Source of the DNA: Candidatus Oxydemutatoraceae bacterium
Lineage (GTDB): Bacteria > Pseudomonadota > Gammaproteobacteria > Poriferisulfidales > Oxydemutatoraceae
Assembly: GCA_965218975.1 (NCBI GenBank)
Contig: OZ244717.1
Coordinates: 2,017,001 to 2,081,000 of the forward strand
DNA length: 64,000 nucleotides
Direction: 5' to 3'
The notes under the pieces were generated by a model that saw only the letters and a list, made by a program, of their open reading frames with translations, was not told where the DNA came from and made no database searches. This document shows, piece after piece, positions 1-11,267 of this stretch. Every line of letters begins with the position of its first letter. The first letter of the stretch is position 1. The position numbers and the translations under genes were made by a program.

Positions 1-482
1 GTCTTATAGCGGTTATTTTTAGCGCCTGAACCGTTACATGCCTTGCAGGCACAAGGTAAACGAACATTAATAATACGTTCGACACCTCGAACCGCTTCTT
101 CAAGCGTCAATTTAAGATGATATTCGTAATTCCGCCCTTGGCGAGCTGAACCATGTTGCTTCCCACTAAAAATATCGTTTCCGAAAATGTCATCAAACAC
201 ACTGCTGAAATCGCCGAAACCACCGAAACCGTGGGCATCGCTTCGGCTAGAATAACCACCTCGGACTTCATCATGACCATATTGGTCATACACGGCACGT
301 TTCTCATAATCCGATAAAACTTCGTATGCTTCTTGCGCCTCTTTAAACTTTTTCTCAGCGCTTTTATCAGCCGGATTGCGGTCCGGATGATATTTCATTG
401 CAGATTGACGATATGCTTTTTTAAGTTCCGCTGCAGTTGCATTTTTGGAAACACCTAATACCTCATAGTAATCTCTCGGCAT
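1..482 (-). CDS. dnaJ: Chaperone DnaJ (5' part; runs off window start)
   Basis: Manual translation [15 protein letters not shown]...MKYHPDRNP (J-domain HPD), GAAGGAG RBS, directly downstream of dnaK. Confidence 0.95.
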   Translation of the reverse strand, partial: MPRDYYEVLGVSKNATAAELKKAYRQSAMKYHPDRNPADKSAEKKFKEAQEAYEVLSDYEKRAVYDQYGHDEVRGGYSSRSDAHGFGGFGDFSSVFDDIFGNDIFSGKQHGSARQGRNYEYHLKLTLEEAVRGVERIINVRLPCACKACNGSGAKNNRYK

Positions 483-524
483 GCTCCTTCCTGCTTATTG
501 CACAATTTACGGTACGACCCTACG

Positions 525-2471
525 CTACTCCTTAGGCTTTGAGTCATCATTAACTTCTTCAAATTCAGCATCAACAACTTCCGCACCTTGTTTTTCACTA
601 TCACCGTTGGCTTGTGACTGACCACTGTCACCATCAGCAGATGCTTGTTGTTGCTCTTTATACAATTGTTCGGCAACTTTTGCCGAAGCTTGAGCCAACG
701 CCTCGGTTTTTTTCTCGATAGCGGATTCTTCATCATCCTTTAATGCCGTTCGCAAGTCGGAAACCGCAGTTTCTACCTGCTGCCTGTCTTCGGCGTTGAC
801 TTTATCGCCCAAGTCTTTCAAACTCTTTTCACTCGAGTGAATCAATTGCTCCGCTTGATTGCGCAGTGTCACTAATTTATGGAACTTACGATCATCCTCA
901 GCATGCTTTTCGGCATCACGCACCATATTATCAATTTCTTTATCCGATAAACCGCTTGATGCTTTGATAACAATCGACTGTTCTTTACCGGTCGCTTTAT
1001 CCTTTGCGTAAACATTCAAAATACCATTAGCATCAATATCAAAAGACACTTCAATCTGTGGCATACCACGCGGCGCCGGGGGAATATCCGCCAGATTAAA
1101 CTGCCCTAGCGATTTATTTGCCGAGGCCCGCTCGCGTTCACCTTGAAGCACATGCACTGTAACCGCAGTTTGATTATCCTCAGCAGTTGAAAAAACTTGT
1201 GAGGCGTGAGTCGGAATCGTCGTATTTTTTTCAATCAATTTTGTCATCACTCCGCCTAGAGTTTCGATGCCTAAAGATAAAGGTGTCACATCAAGCAATA
1301 ACAAATCTTTGACATCGCCACCAAGCACACCACCTTGCAACGCGGCGCCAATCGCGACTGCTTCATCGGGATTCATATCTTTGCGCGGATTCTTGCCGAA
1401 AAAGTCGCTAACTTTCTGTTGCACCTTGGGCATCCGGGTCTGTCCGCCGACCAAAATCACATCATCGATGTCCGACGTATGCAACCCGGCATCTTTCAGG
1501 ACCTGCTTGCATGGTCCGATTGTTTTATCAATCATATCTTCGACCAGCGACTCCAACTTTGCTCTGGTGATTTTGATATTCATGTGCTTGGGCCCCGCCT
1601 GATCCGCCGTAATGTAGGGCAAATTTACTTCAGTCTGCTGGTTCGACGACAATTCAATTTTGGCCTTTTCCGCCGCTTCTTTCAATCTCTGCAAAGCAAG
1701 CGGATCATTTGCCAGATTCACCCCTTGCTCGCGTTTAAACTCATCAGTGAGGTAGTTGATCAGCTTCATATCAAAGTCTTCACCGCCTAAAAAAGTGTCG
1801 CCGTTGGTTGCCAACACTTCAAACTGCTGCTCGCCGTCAATTTCAGCAATTTCTATAATCGAAATATCGAAAGTACCGCCGCCTAAATCATACACAGCAA
1901 TTTTGCGATCGTCTCCCTTTTTGTCGACACCGTAAGCCAAAGCAGCGGCAGTCGGTTCATTGATAATACGCTTTACTTCCAATCCGGCAATCTTTCCGGC
2001 GTCCTTAGTTGCTTGCCGTTGTGAATCGTTGAAATAAGCCGGCACAGTGATTACCGCTTCCTTAACTTCCTCTCCTAAATATTCTTCGGCAGTTTTCTTC
2101 ATCTTCATCAACACGCGCGCCGAAATTTCAGGAGGAGCCATTTTCTTATCTTTTACTTTGACCCACGCATCACCATTGTCTGCTTTAACGATTGAATACG
2201 GCACCAAGTCAATATCCTTTTTAACCGCACTTTCATCAAAACGTCTTCCTATCAAACGCTTTACCGCATACAAAGTATTGTTAGGATTAGTAATTGATTG
2301 ACGTTTCGCAGACTGGCCAATAAACACTTCATCACTATTTTGGTCAAATGCAACAACCGAAGGTGTTGTCCGATCGCCCTCAGAATTTTCCACCACACGG
2401 GGGGCATTGTTTTCCATGACTGCGACACAAGAATTTGTCGTGCCAAGATCAATCCCGATAATTTTACTCAT
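525..2471 (-). CDS. dnaK: Chaperone DnaK (Hsp70)
   Basis: [27 protein letters not shown] motifs; 648 aa. Confidence 0.99.
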   Translation of the reverse strand: MSKIIGIDLGTTNSCVAVMENNAPRVVENSEGDRTTPSVVAFDQNSDEVFIGQSAKRQSITNPNNTLYAVKRLIGRRFDESAVKKDIDLVPYSIVKADNGDAWVKVKDKKMAPPEISARVLMKMKKTAEEYLGEEVKEAVITVPAYFNDSQRQATKDAGKIAGLEVKRIINEPTAAALAYGVDKKGDDRKIAVYDLGGGTFDISIIEIAEIDGEQQFEVLATNGDTFLGGEDFDMKLINYLTDEFKREQGVNLANDPLALQRLKEAAEKAKIELSSNQQTEVNLPYITADQAGPKHMNIKITRAKLESLVEDMIDKTIGPCKQVLKDAGLHTSDIDDVILVGGQTRMPKVQQKVSDFFGKNPRKDMNPDEAVAIGAALQGGVLGGDVKDLLLLDVTPLSLGIETLGGVMTKLIEKNTTIPTHASQVFSTAEDNQTAVTVHVLQGERERASANKSLGQFNLADIPPAPRGMPQIEVSFDIDANGILNVYAKDKATGKEQSIVIKASSGLSDKEIDNMVRDAEKHAEDDRKFHKLVTLRNQAEQLIHSSEKSLKDLGDKVNAEDRQQVETAVSDLRTALKDDEESAIEKKTEALAQASAKVAEQLYKEQQQASADGDSGQSQANGDSEKQGAEVVDAEFEEVNDDSKPKE

Positions 2472-2512
2472 TATTTAGCGCTCCTAGTTTATTCGCGTTA
2501 TTCCATATACAT

Positions 2513-2538
2513 ATATGGGAGTTTTTTAGTTTTTCAAG
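2513..2538 (-). promoter_or_regulatory. sigma32 (RpoH) promoter of dnaK
   Basis: Minus strand CTTGAAA-N12-CCCATAT, close to heat-shock consensus; -35 overlaps grpE stop. Confidence 0.8.
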
Positions 2539-3190
2539 ACTGCGAGTTTTCATCGTCGGATAAAGACTTTGATATCGTCACCATCGCCGGGCGAAGTAGT
2601 CGATCATGCAGCAAATAGCCTTTTTGCATCACTTCAATTACCGAATTCGCCGGATGTTCGGAAGATTCCAGCAAACCCATTGCTTGATGTAGTTTCGGAT
2701 CAAAAATTTTACCGCTCGGATTAATTTCCTTGATGCCAAATTGATCAAAATTTTTTGTCAACAATTTTAGCGTTAAACTGACACCTTTATGGATATCTTC
2801 CAGCGAAGATTCTTCAGAATTACACGCGGATAAACTGCGTTCCAAATTATCTTTCACTTCCAACAAATCGATGACAAAACTTTCCAATGCGTACATCCTT
2901 ACGCTATGGATTTCACGTTCGGCTCTCTTGCGTGCATTATCAGCATCAGCCTGCGCACGGGCGGACAAGTTAAAATATTTTTTAATTTCTCCTTCCAATT
3001 GTTCAACTTTTTTACGTAATAATGCCAATTCATTGTCGTCGGCGTTCTCTTTGGCAGTATTCGCTTCGGCATTTTCCGCTTCCGCCACGGAGTCCTGCGA
3101 CGGAGAATCTAAAGCTTGAGAACTTAACTCTTCGGATTGTGCGGCCTCAGCCGAGGATATATTATTTATGTCATTTTGCTTGTCGTTCAT
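2534..3190 (-). CDS. grpE: Nucleotide exchange factor GrpE
   Basis: FDPKLHQAM, QKGYLLHDRLLRPAMV motifs; upstream of dnaK. Confidence 0.97.
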   Translation of the reverse strand: MNDKQNDINNISSAEAAQSEELSSQALDSPSQDSVAEAENAEANTAKENADDNELALLRKKVEQLEGEIKKYFNLSARAQADADNARKRAEREIHSVRMYALESFVIDLLEVKDNLERSLSACNSEESSLEDIHKGVSLTLKLLTKNFDQFGIKEINPSGKIFDPKLHQAMGLLESSEHPANSVIEVMQKGYLLHDRLLRPAMVTISKSLSDDENSQS

Positions 3191-3230
3191 TTGGAATTAC
3201 TCTTATTCGATTGATCAATGCATGCCAAAC

Positions 3231-3257
3231 TATAAGGCCAAACTATATCATTTCAAC
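3231..3257 (-). promoter_or_regulatory. Probable sigma32 promoter of grpE
   Basis: Minus strand GTTGAAA...GGCCTTATA, imperfect match to sigma32 consensus. Confidence 0.5.
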
Positions 3258-3401
3258 CGCAATCAGCGCCGCCTCTACGCCAAACGCGGAATTGCCCTGA
3301 ATTTCGCGACGCACGAGCGGAACCTCTAGTTCGGCTATAATTTTATCTTAATCAAGGCATTCATACTAAGCAACCATCGTTAAAAACACCCTCATATTTG
3401 A

Positions 3402-4283
3402 ATGGATATCAAAAATTCTCAAAAAATAGGACTCATCATAAAGCCAAATGATGAACGCAGTATCAAAGTTACACAGGACCTAGTTTCTTATCTGCTAAGT
3501 CGCAAGAAAAAAGTTTTTATAGATGAAGAAGCTAGGGTTGATTTATTGGAAAGAAGTGTCGAATCGGTTCATCGTAAAGAGCTGGCAACTCTGTGCAATT
3601 TAATTGTCGCACTTGGCGGTGACGGCACTTTGCTCTGTGCGGCACGTGCAATTGCTCACAGGGAAGTGCCGTTAATCGGCATCAGTCTCGGAAACTTGGG
3701 ATTTTTAGTTGAAATCTCTCCACAACAAATGGTCAGCAAACTAGATCAAATATTTGACAATCACTATCGCCTTGAGGAACGCACGATGCTAGCCGCAACC
3801 CATCTTCGAGGTAATAACACATTGGAGGAATATAACGCTTGTAACGATGTCGTAATCAAACATCATGGAACGGCGCGCATGATTGAACTTAATACTTCAA
3901 TTGACGATTCGTTAATCAGCAGTATCTTATCGGACGGCTTAATCGTTTCAACGCCGACAGGGTCGACCGCCTATGCTTTATCTAGTGGCGGACCTCTCGT
4001 CGAACCCATTCTTGAAGCAACATTAATCGTTCCGATTTGCCCCCATACATTGAGCTATCGCCCATTGATCATTGATGCAAATAAAACTATTGAGATTGAA
4101 TATACTCATTATAATGAAGACCCCGGACTGATATCAATCGACGGTCAGATTAATACGATGTCACAACCCGGCGACCGAGTAACAATTAAAACTTTGCCGC
4201 ACAAATTAAACCTCATCCAACCGCCAAAGCATGACTATTTTCACACTTTAAGAACCAAGTTACGTTGGAGTGAGAAATTATAG
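3402..4283 (+). CDS. nadK: NAD kinase
   Basis: LGGDGT, GNLGFL, STPTGSTAY motifs. Confidence 0.97.
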   Translation: MDIKNSQKIGLIIKPNDERSIKVTQDLVSYLLSRKKKVFIDEEARVDLLERSVESVHRKELATLCNLIVALGGDGTLLCAARAIAHREVPLIGISLGNLGFLVEISPQQMVSKLDQIFDNHYRLEERTMLAATHLRGNNTLEEYNACNDVVIKHHGTARMIELNTSIDDSLISSILSDGLIVSTPTGSTAYALSSGGPLVEPILEATLIVPICPHTLSYRPLIIDANKTIEIEYTHYNEDPGLISIDGQINTMSQPGDRVTIKTLPHKLNLIQPPKHDYFHTLRTKLRWSEKL

Positions 4284-4289
4284 ATTCCT

Positions 4290-5993
4290 ATGCTGAAATC
4301 TCTGACCGTAAAAAATTTTGTCATTGTCCGACACGCTCAATTGGAGTTTGAACAAGGTATGTCAGTAATCACCGGTGAAACGGGGGCGGGGAAATCCATT
4401 TTGATCGAAGCATTGATAATTGTGCTCGGACAACGCGCTCCAAACCGGTTAATACCGCAAGACAAAAAACTTTCCGTCAGCCTCAGTTTTGATTTGTCAA
4501 AAAACTCTACGGCAAAAAAATGGCTCACAGCACACAATTTGGATAGTGAAGATGATTGCATTCTGCAACGCATTATTGAGAGCGGTGCACGTTCCCATGC
4601 ATATATCAATGGAATACCGGTTACATTAAATCAGCTTAAAAAGCTCGGAGGAATGCTTGTCGACATTGTCGGACAAAACGCGCACCAACAGCTATTACAG
4701 CCTAAAAAACACCTTGAAATTTTAGATTTACATTGCGGAAATCAAACCCTGACAAAAGAATTACATAAGCTTTGGCAGAAATGGACCTCTTTATCTCAAC
4801 AAATCGAGAAGTGTCAAACTCAACAAGAAAAGACAACCGGATACATTGATTTGCTCCGCTATCAGGTAAAAGAACTTGAAGAATTCTCACCTGAGCAGGA
4901 TGAATTTGAACAAATCGAAAAAGAACATATCCGCTTGGCACAGATTGAGCAATTAAGAAAACAAACCGAGCAAGCATACAACACGCTATATAAGGCAGAT
5001 GAACATAGCATTTATGCACAGATTGCGCAAATAAGCGGCAAACTGGAAAGCTTTTCCACTGCTGATGAAAATCTTGCTAAAGTAAGAATTGAACTCGAGA
5101 CCGCAATGGAATGTATTCAAAATGCGAACGATGAAATGAAAATCTGCTTGGAGAAATCTTTGGTATCGAATGAAGAATTTGACAAAATTGAAAGAAGGCT
5201 ATCCGGCTATATCGAACTATCGCGTAAACACAAAACTGCACCGGGGCAGATTGCCAAACACTACCAAAAACTAAACGAAGAACTGAATCGCATTGAAAAT
5301 CCGGAATGCGATATCGAAGGTCTTAAACAGAAACGCACCGCTTGTGCCGAAACGTACAATCAGTTGGCTTTAAAAATCCGGCAACGACGGCATGAAGGAG
5401 TAAATGCTTTGGAACGTGAAATCAACCAACTGCTAAACCGGTTAAATATGCCGATGGTGCGTTTTGCCGTTCGCTTTAAAAAATGCGACGGAACCCCAAA
5501 AGCCGAAGGACTAGATAATGTCGAGTTTATGGTACGAACCAATCCCGGGCAACCGCTTGCCCCCGTGCGAAAAGTCGCTTCAGGAGGGGAACTGTCTCGG
5601 ATTAGCCTTGCAATACAAGTTGCGTTTGCAAAAAATCATCCGATTCCAACTTTAGTTTTCGATGAAGTCGACGCAGGCATCGGAGGCAAAACCGCCGAAA
5701 TGATTGGAAAACTACTACGCCGACTCGGCTGCAAAACACAAGTCTTATGTATCACGCATCTTCCGCAAATCGCGACATTTGCCAACCACCATTATTTTGT
5801 GAAAAAGCAAAGTTACGCTTCCGCAACGACAGTCGATATAAGGAAATTAAGCACTACTGAGGAACGTAAGCAAGAAATTGCGCGTATGCTCGCTGGTACA
5901 AAAATTACCGATCGCACCCTAGCACATGCGAAGGAAATGCTTGCGCTCAGCACACCGGCACAACCGTCAACCGACATCAATGCAAACGATTAA
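4290..5993 (+). CDS. recN: DNA repair protein RecN
   Basis: TGETGAGKS, ASGGELSR, FDEVDAGIGG, CITHLPQ. Confidence 0.97.
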   Translation: MLKSLTVKNFVIVRHAQLEFEQGMSVITGETGAGKSILIEALIIVLGQRAPNRLIPQDKKLSVSLSFDLSKNSTAKKWLTAHNLDSEDDCILQRIIESGARSHAYINGIPVTLNQLKKLGGMLVDIVGQNAHQQLLQPKKHLEILDLHCGNQTLTKELHKLWQKWTSLSQQIEKCQTQQEKTTGYIDLLRYQVKELEEFSPEQDEFEQIEKEHIRLAQIEQLRKQTEQAYNTLYKADEHSIYAQIAQISGKLESFSTADENLAKVRIELETAMECIQNANDEMKICLEKSLVSNEEFDKIERRLSGYIELSRKHKTAPGQIAKHYQKLNEELNRIENPECDIEGLKQKRTACAETYNQLALKIRQRRHEGVNALEREINQLLNRLNMPMVRFAVRFKKCDGTPKAEGLDNVEFMVRTNPGQPLAPVRKVASGGELSRISLAIQVAFAKNHPIPTLVFDEVDAGIGGKTAEMIGKLLRRLGCKTQVLCITHLPQIATFANHHYFVKKQSYASATTVDIRKLSTTEERKQEIARMLAGTKITDRTLAHAKEMLALSTPAQPSTDINAND

Positions 5994-6000
5994 ATCTCTC

Positions 6001-6426
6001 TTAGGCTAATCTAAGACTTTTACATTTCTCGCACCGAACATACATCGTAAGCGTATACTCGACGATGGCTACTTTATAACTACTGGCTATTTTTTCCATT
6101 TGATCAAAGACAATCGTATCGTGAAACTCCAAAATCTTGCCGCATCTTACGCATACAATGTGATCGTGGTGTCCTCCATCCTGAATCAATTCAAACACCG
6201 CAGCTCTGTTATTGAATGAATGGCGAATTACCAAACCCGCAGTCTCGAATTGAGCAAGCACACGGTAAACTGTTGCCAGACTGATTTCCTCATCTTCGTC
6301 CAGTAGCTTTTTATAAATATCCTCAGCACTAACATGCTTACTATCGACTCTTTCCAGAATCTCCAGAATTTTCTTCCGCGGAATCGTAACTTTTAGTCTA
6401 ACTCTTTTAAGGTCTGCTGTTTCCAT
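6001..6426 (-). CDS. fur: Ferric uptake regulator
   Basis: SLATVYRVL, HHDHIVCVRCG; conserved recN-fur-bamE synteny. Confidence 0.93.
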   Translation of the reverse strand: METADLKRVRLKVTIPRKKILEILERVDSKHVSAEDIYKKLLDEDEEISLATVYRVLAQFETAGLVIRHSFNNRAAVFELIQDGGHHDHIVCVRCGKILEFHDTIVFDQMEKIASSYKVAIVEYTLTMYVRCEKCKSLRLA

Positions 6427-6524
6427 ATTTCTTTACCATGCTGTATGGTACATGCAAATCTTACACTAACAATGCTACTTAAGGAATGCTTCGAAAATCT
6501 TTACGGTATAGCTCATTGTACCTC

Positions 6525-6911
6525 ATGGGGAAAACCTTTTTAGTCGCAGCGCTACTAACCGCTATTTGTGCGTGCTCAACAAAAAAAATTACTGCCGGCG
6601 AAGGAGGCGATTTCTTCAAAAGAATCTTTTCCAAAGACACTTACAAAATTTATCGTATTGACATTCAGCAGGGAAATAACATCACCGCAGTCCAGTTAAA
6701 AAAATTAAAACGGGGGCTGAGCAAAGAACAAGTCCGCTATTTACTCGGCACAACCATCACTCCGACATTATTTCGCCAGAACCGTTGGGACTACACTTAT
6801 TATTTCATTTCAGGCACAAGCTCCAAACGAAAAAAATATAGCCTATCGCTATTTTTTGACGACAACGTCTTAGTGCAGATTTGTCAGACAAAAAAAGACT
6901 CACGTTGTTGA
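6525..6911 (+). CDS. bamE: Outer membrane assembly lipoprotein BamE
   Basis: Lipobox ICAC, IDIQQGN, QVRYLLGT, RWDY; start placed at ATG 6525. Confidence 0.9.
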   Translation: MGKTFLVAALLTAICACSTKKITAGEGGDFFKRIFSKDTYKIYRIDIQQGNNITAVQLKKLKRGLSKEQVRYLLGTTITPTLFRQNRWDYTYYFISGTSSKRKKYSLSLFFDDNVLVQICQTKKDSRC

Positions 6912-7028
6912 ACAGAACCTAAAGCAGGAACATTGAGCAGACGCATCTAAGAAATGCGCACGTTAACATGCTTCCGTCGGGAAAAGTTTATAATGAACTA
7001 CTATCCATCAACAAATCAACAGTAACAA

Positions 7029-7298
7029 ATGATTAATAAAAAAGTTATTATCGGTAATAAATTGGGCTTACACGCCCGCGCCGCAGCAAAGTTTGTTGCA
7101 CTCGCATCTCGCTTTGAAAGCTGTATTAGGCTAAAGAAAAACAGCCAGACTGTCAATGGCAAAAGTATTATGGGAGTCATTATGCTTGCCGCCTCGCGGG
7201 GCACCGAACTCCAATTATTGATTGAAGGGGCAGATGAAATTGAAGCGGAGAAAAAGATTATCGGGTTGATTGATAATCGTTTTGATGAAGAAGAATAA
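7029..7298 (+). CDS. ptsH: HPr-family phosphocarrier
   Basis: GLHARAA (His15) and GKSIMGV (Ser46). Confidence 0.93.
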   Translation: MINKKVIIGNKLGLHARAAAKFVALASRFESCIRLKKNSQTVNGKSIMGVIMLAASRGTELQLLIEGADEIEAEKKIIGLIDNRFDEEE

Positions 7299-7301
7299 GC
7301 C

Positions 7302-9023
7302 ATGAGTTTGATTCTAAATGGTGTAGGGGTATCTCGCGGTATTGCAATCGGGAAAGTCCACATACTCAATCGGGGCGAGTTTGATTTACAAGAAGCTCAC
7401 ATTCCAAAAGAAAGTATCGGAAATGAAATCAAACGGTTCAAAGCGGCATTGCAAGCCGCCGATCAACATCTACAGGAGATCCGTAAATCAATTGAAAATA
7501 AGTTTCCATCCGACATTGTCGGCTTTATTGACTCGCACCTACTAATGCTCAACGACGAGCTGCTTGGCGATGCGGTCGTTGATATCATCAAACAACGCCA
7601 ATGTAATGCGGAATGGGCATTACAAATACAACAAAATCAACTCACTGCGGTCTTTGATGAAATGCAGAATGATTACCTAAAGACACGACGCGACGATGTC
7701 GAACATGTCATTCACTTAATTCATCGATTCCTCACCGGGCACAACGGACGCCGCACACTTAGAGTGACACATATCAGAAACCATATTATTATTGCCGACG
7801 ATCTGACGCCTGCCGATACTATCCTTTTGCAGCACCAAAATATCAGTGGATTTGCCACCGAATTAGGCGGGCCGACTTCACATACTGCGATTCTCGCTCG
7901 CGGAATGAACATTCCCGCAGTTGTCGCGGTCAATAACATCCGCACTTTGACCGCTGAAAATGAAACAATCATTTTAGACGGAAAATCCGGCATAATTATT
8001 GCCGATGCGGATACGACATTAATTAATGAATATTATTCCAGACAAAGAAAGGAAAAACAATACGCCAAGCAATTGCTATCCTTAAGCGATAGAAAGACAA
8101 TTACCCGCGACGGAAGAAGCATTACTCTGATGGCAAATATAGAACTTGCCGACGAAATTAAAATTTTGAAAAAAATCAAAGCGAGTGGCATCGGTTTGTA
8201 TCGAACCGAATTCTTATACTTAGACCGAGAATCCGCCGCGATGGAAGAGGAACAGTACCGTACTTATCGTCGCTTGCTTAAAGCGATGGATAGCAAACCA
8301 GTGACAATCCGTACATTGGACCTTGGCGCCGAGAAAGAATTTGACCCGAAATACAAAGCGCCTCTTACCTTGAATCCGGCATTAGGCTTACGCGCAATCC
8401 GCCGTTCACTGAAAGACCCGGAGTCGTTTCTCCAACAACTGAGAGCGATATTACGTGCATCCGCTCATGGGGAAGTACGCATTATGCTTCCGATGCTAAC
8501 TAACATTCATGAACTTGACCAGATTAAGCAACTGATTGAAACCGCAAAATCACAATTACATAACGACAAGAAAGCGTACGACAAAAATATTCGTGTCGGC
8601 GGTATGATAGAAGTTCCGGCCGCCGCATTGTCAGCGGAATATTTAGCAAAACATCTAGACTTTCTTTCTATCGGGACTAACGATTTGATTCAATATACTT
8701 TGGCGATCGATCGCATTGACGAACAAGTCAACTATCTGTACGACCCGCTACACCCAAGTATATTAAAACTAATCAAACTAGTGATCCGTGCCGGAGAAAA
8801 TGCCGGTATACCTGTTGCAATGTGCGGTGAAATGGCAGGTGATCCTAATTACATAAAACTGCTGCTTGGAATGGGGCTCACCGAATTTAGTGTACATTTG
8901 TCCACTTTGCTTGAGGTCAAAAAAATCATTCTGGAAAGCGACACTAAAAAGTTAAAAAATAAATGCCGTAAAATATTCAGCGTTGATCCGAAAAAGATTC
9001 CGGATATTGTCGCAAGTCTCTAA
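7302..9023 (+). CDS. ptsI: PEP-protein phosphotransferase (PTS enzyme I)
   Basis: GGPTSHTAILAR, GLYRTEF, SIGTNDLIQY, MCGEMAG. Confidence 0.97.
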   Translation: MSLILNGVGVSRGIAIGKVHILNRGEFDLQEAHIPKESIGNEIKRFKAALQAADQHLQEIRKSIENKFPSDIVGFIDSHLLMLNDELLGDAVVDIIKQRQCNAEWALQIQQNQLTAVFDEMQNDYLKTRRDDVEHVIHLIHRFLTGHNGRRTLRVTHIRNHIIIADDLTPADTILLQHQNISGFATELGGPTSHTAILARGMNIPAVVAVNNIRTLTAENETIILDGKSGIIIADADTTLINEYYSRQRKEKQYAKQLLSLSDRKTITRDGRSITLMANIELADEIKILKKIKASGIGLYRTEFLYLDRESAAMEEEQYRTYRRLLKAMDSKPVTIRTLDLGAEKEFDPKYKAPLTLNPALGLRAIRRSLKDPESFLQQLRAILRASAHGEVRIMLPMLTNIHELDQIKQLIETAKSQLHNDKKAYDKNIRVGGMIEVPAAALSAEYLAKHLDFLSIGTNDLIQYTLAIDRIDEQVNYLYDPLHPSILKLIKLVIRAGENAGIPVAMCGEMAGDPNYIKLLLGMGLTEFSVHLSTLLEVKKIILESDTKKLKNKCRKIFSVDPKKIPDIVASL

Positions 9024-9081
9024 GCGTTTTGTTTCCGGCAATAAACGCCATAACATACAAGAACTTTTTTCAGTGATGATA

Positions 9082-9372
9082 TTATTGATACTCTGCCCGT
9101 GCTCGTCGTGCTGCCGTCGGAGATTGCTGTAAGGGACGCAATACTTCAATTCGGTCACCGTCATTTAACTTTTGATCCAAATTAACCTGCTGCCCGAAAA
9201 TTCCAACCGCGAGCCGAGTCAAGTCTAGATCAGGAAAGCGTTCGAACAATTGTGAAACTTCGAGCGCTTCGATCAAACGAGAACCGACAGGCACCCTCAA
9301 GGCTTGATCAAAACATTGGTTCGAATCGTTGTAGACAACTCTGATCCTTATATGCCGCTGAACTTCAACCAT
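9082..9372 (-). CDS. rnfH: RnfH/RatB family protein
   Basis: VGIFG...GDRIEVLRPL motif; paired with ratA. Confidence 0.85.
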   Translation of the reverse strand: MVEVQRHIRIRVVYNDSNQCFDQALRVPVGSRLIEALEVSQLFERFPDLDLTRLAVGIFGQQVNLDQKLNDGDRIEVLRPLQQSPTAARRARAEYQ

Positions 9373-9799
9373 AAATTTCTCGCGCTCGATTGAGAAACGC
9401 TTTGACTAATGAAGCGACAACACGTACGAATATCGGATTAAGCAATTTATCGTAAATAAGATTAGAAAACCGATAATCAAAATCCAACGAAACCTTGCAT
9501 CTTTCTTCCCCCAACGCGTTTAATTTCCAGACCCCTTGCAAATGTTTAAACGGCCCCTCTACCAGACGCATAACGATACTTTCATCTTCAACACTACGAT
9601 TCAGCGTTGTAAAGCTGACACGGATACCTTTGTGGCGAACCTCCAAAGTCGCAAGCACCGAACCATCCTCATTTTCTTTCTCGATTTTAGATTCTTCACA
9701 CCATGGGAGAAAGTTTTTATACAGGTTTATATCATTAATCAAAGTGTAGATTTGCCGACAACTATATGGAACTACCGCTTCGCGATGTAATCGGCTCAT
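9365..9799 (-). CDS. ratA: RatA/PasT (START/Coq10-like) protein
   Basis: VPYS..IY.LIND, FLPWC, LVEGPFKHLQGVW. Confidence 0.9.
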   Translation of the reverse strand: MSRLHREAVVPYSCRQIYTLINDINLYKNFLPWCEESKIEKENEDGSVLATLEVRHKGIRVSFTTLNRSVEDESIVMRLVEGPFKHLQGVWKLNALGEERCKVSLDFDYRFSNLIYDKLLNPIFVRVVASLVKAFLNRAREIYG

Positions 9800-11154
9800 G
9801 CAAACTTAATAACTTGATTCAATAAGATAAGAAAAATAACAACCGGACAAACGTAGCGTAACATAAAATGCCATAGCCTATAAAACAACGGATGCGATAT
9901 ATTCAGTTCTTCCCTCAACACAACTGCAGGTAATTTCCAACCAACAAAAATAGCGATAAATGCCCCGCCGAGCGGCAAAATGATATTTGCCGTCAAATAC
10001 TCTAGCGCATCAAATAAGGACACACCTTTAATCGACCAAATTTCGGTATGGGTAAAAGAAAATATAGTGCCTAAACCCAGCAACCAAGCGGTCAACCCAA
10101 CTAGCCAGGCAGCGGTTTTTCTACTATGGTTACGTGTTTCGCATAGCCAAGCAACTGCCGGTTCAACCAGAGAGATTGCCGAAGTCCATGCGGCGAGAAA
10201 TAGTAAAACAAAAAAAATCGCCCCGATGACGTCACCGGCGGGCATACTGCCAAAGGCTAAAGGCAACGTTTTAAATACTAACCCGGGACCCTGTGCCGAT
10301 TCCAATCCGTACTGAAAAACTAATGCAAACACGATGAGTCCGGCAAAAATTGCAACCAAAGTATCCACAACTACAATGATCGCGGTAGTACGCACTATCC
10401 TGACATTGCTCGGCAAATAAGATCCATAAACCATTACCGCCCCTAATCCGATGCTTAGAGAAAAAAATGCCTGCCCCAATGCATGCACCGCCGCTTTAGG
10501 AGTCAGCTTTGTCAAATCAAAGGTAAACATGAATTGCACACTTTCTTTGAAAGCGCCGCCAAACATCACGTAGATTAATAAAAATACTAACAGACCAAAA
10601 AATAACGGCATTGAGTAGCTAATGACACGTTCAATGCCTAATTTTACGCCATTAGCCACAACCATAGTGGTAATCAGCATAAAAATCGTATGCCATGCCA
10701 GTAATTTTTCGGAATCCCCCACCAAATTGTCAAATACGCTGCCAACGCCATCCGCTGTTATATTTTCAAATGCGCCGGAACCGGCTCGGAAAAAATAAGC
10801 CAGCGTCCAACCGGCAATGACACTGTAATACGATAGGATTAAAAATCCGCCGATAACTCCGAACCACCCGAGTAGCTTCCAATTAGGACTTAAACTAAAA
10901 TCGCTGGCAAGACGGTCCATAGTGTTGATAGGACTTCGGCGTCCGCGGCGTCCAAGCAGAATTTCCCCCGTCATCACGGGCAAAATCATCAGAACCGACA
11001 GGATATAAATAAGAATAAAAATGCCGCCGCCAAACTCGCCGACAATGTAAGGAAATTTCCAAATATTTCCGAGGCCAACCGCTGAACCGATAACAGCCAA
11101 TATAAAAGTAAGTTGAGAAGTCCATTGACTATGAACTTTTTGATTTAGCGGCAT
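9796..11154 (-). CDS. Sodium-dependent transporter (NSS/SNF family)
   Basis: GSAVGLGNIWKFPY, GQAFFSLS motifs; many transmembrane segments. Confidence 0.93.
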   Translation of the reverse strand: MPLNQKVHSQWTSQLTFILAVIGSAVGLGNIWKFPYIVGEFGGGIFILIYILSVLMILPVMTGEILLGRRGRRSPINTMDRLASDFSLSPNWKLLGWFGVIGGFLILSYYSVIAGWTLAYFFRAGSGAFENITADGVGSVFDNLVGDSEKLLAWHTIFMLITTMVVANGVKLGIERVISYSMPLFFGLLVFLLIYVMFGGAFKESVQFMFTFDLTKLTPKAAVHALGQAFFSLSIGLGAVMVYGSYLPSNVRIVRTTAIIVVVDTLVAIFAGLIVFALVFQYGLESAQGPGLVFKTLPLAFGSMPAGDVIGAIFFVLLFLAAWTSAISLVEPAVAWLCETRNHSRKTAAWLVGLTAWLLGLGTIFSFTHTEIWSIKGVSLFDALEYLTANIILPLGGAFIAIFVGWKLPAVVLREELNISHPLFYRLWHFMLRYVCPVVIFLILLNQVIKFA

Positions 11155-11267
11155 TGCTTTTTATGCTATAAGTCTTGATTAACTTGCCAGTAAGCGGCAG
11201 TATAGTAAATAACTATTTTAGGAAAATCAAACTTAATTACTTCACGTCAGAGGACGGATGTGATCCA

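Noticed and set aside
1267-3300. Plus-strand ORFs over dnaK and grpE (and similar ones over other housekeeping genes)
   Set aside because: Antisense shadow frames of conserved genes.
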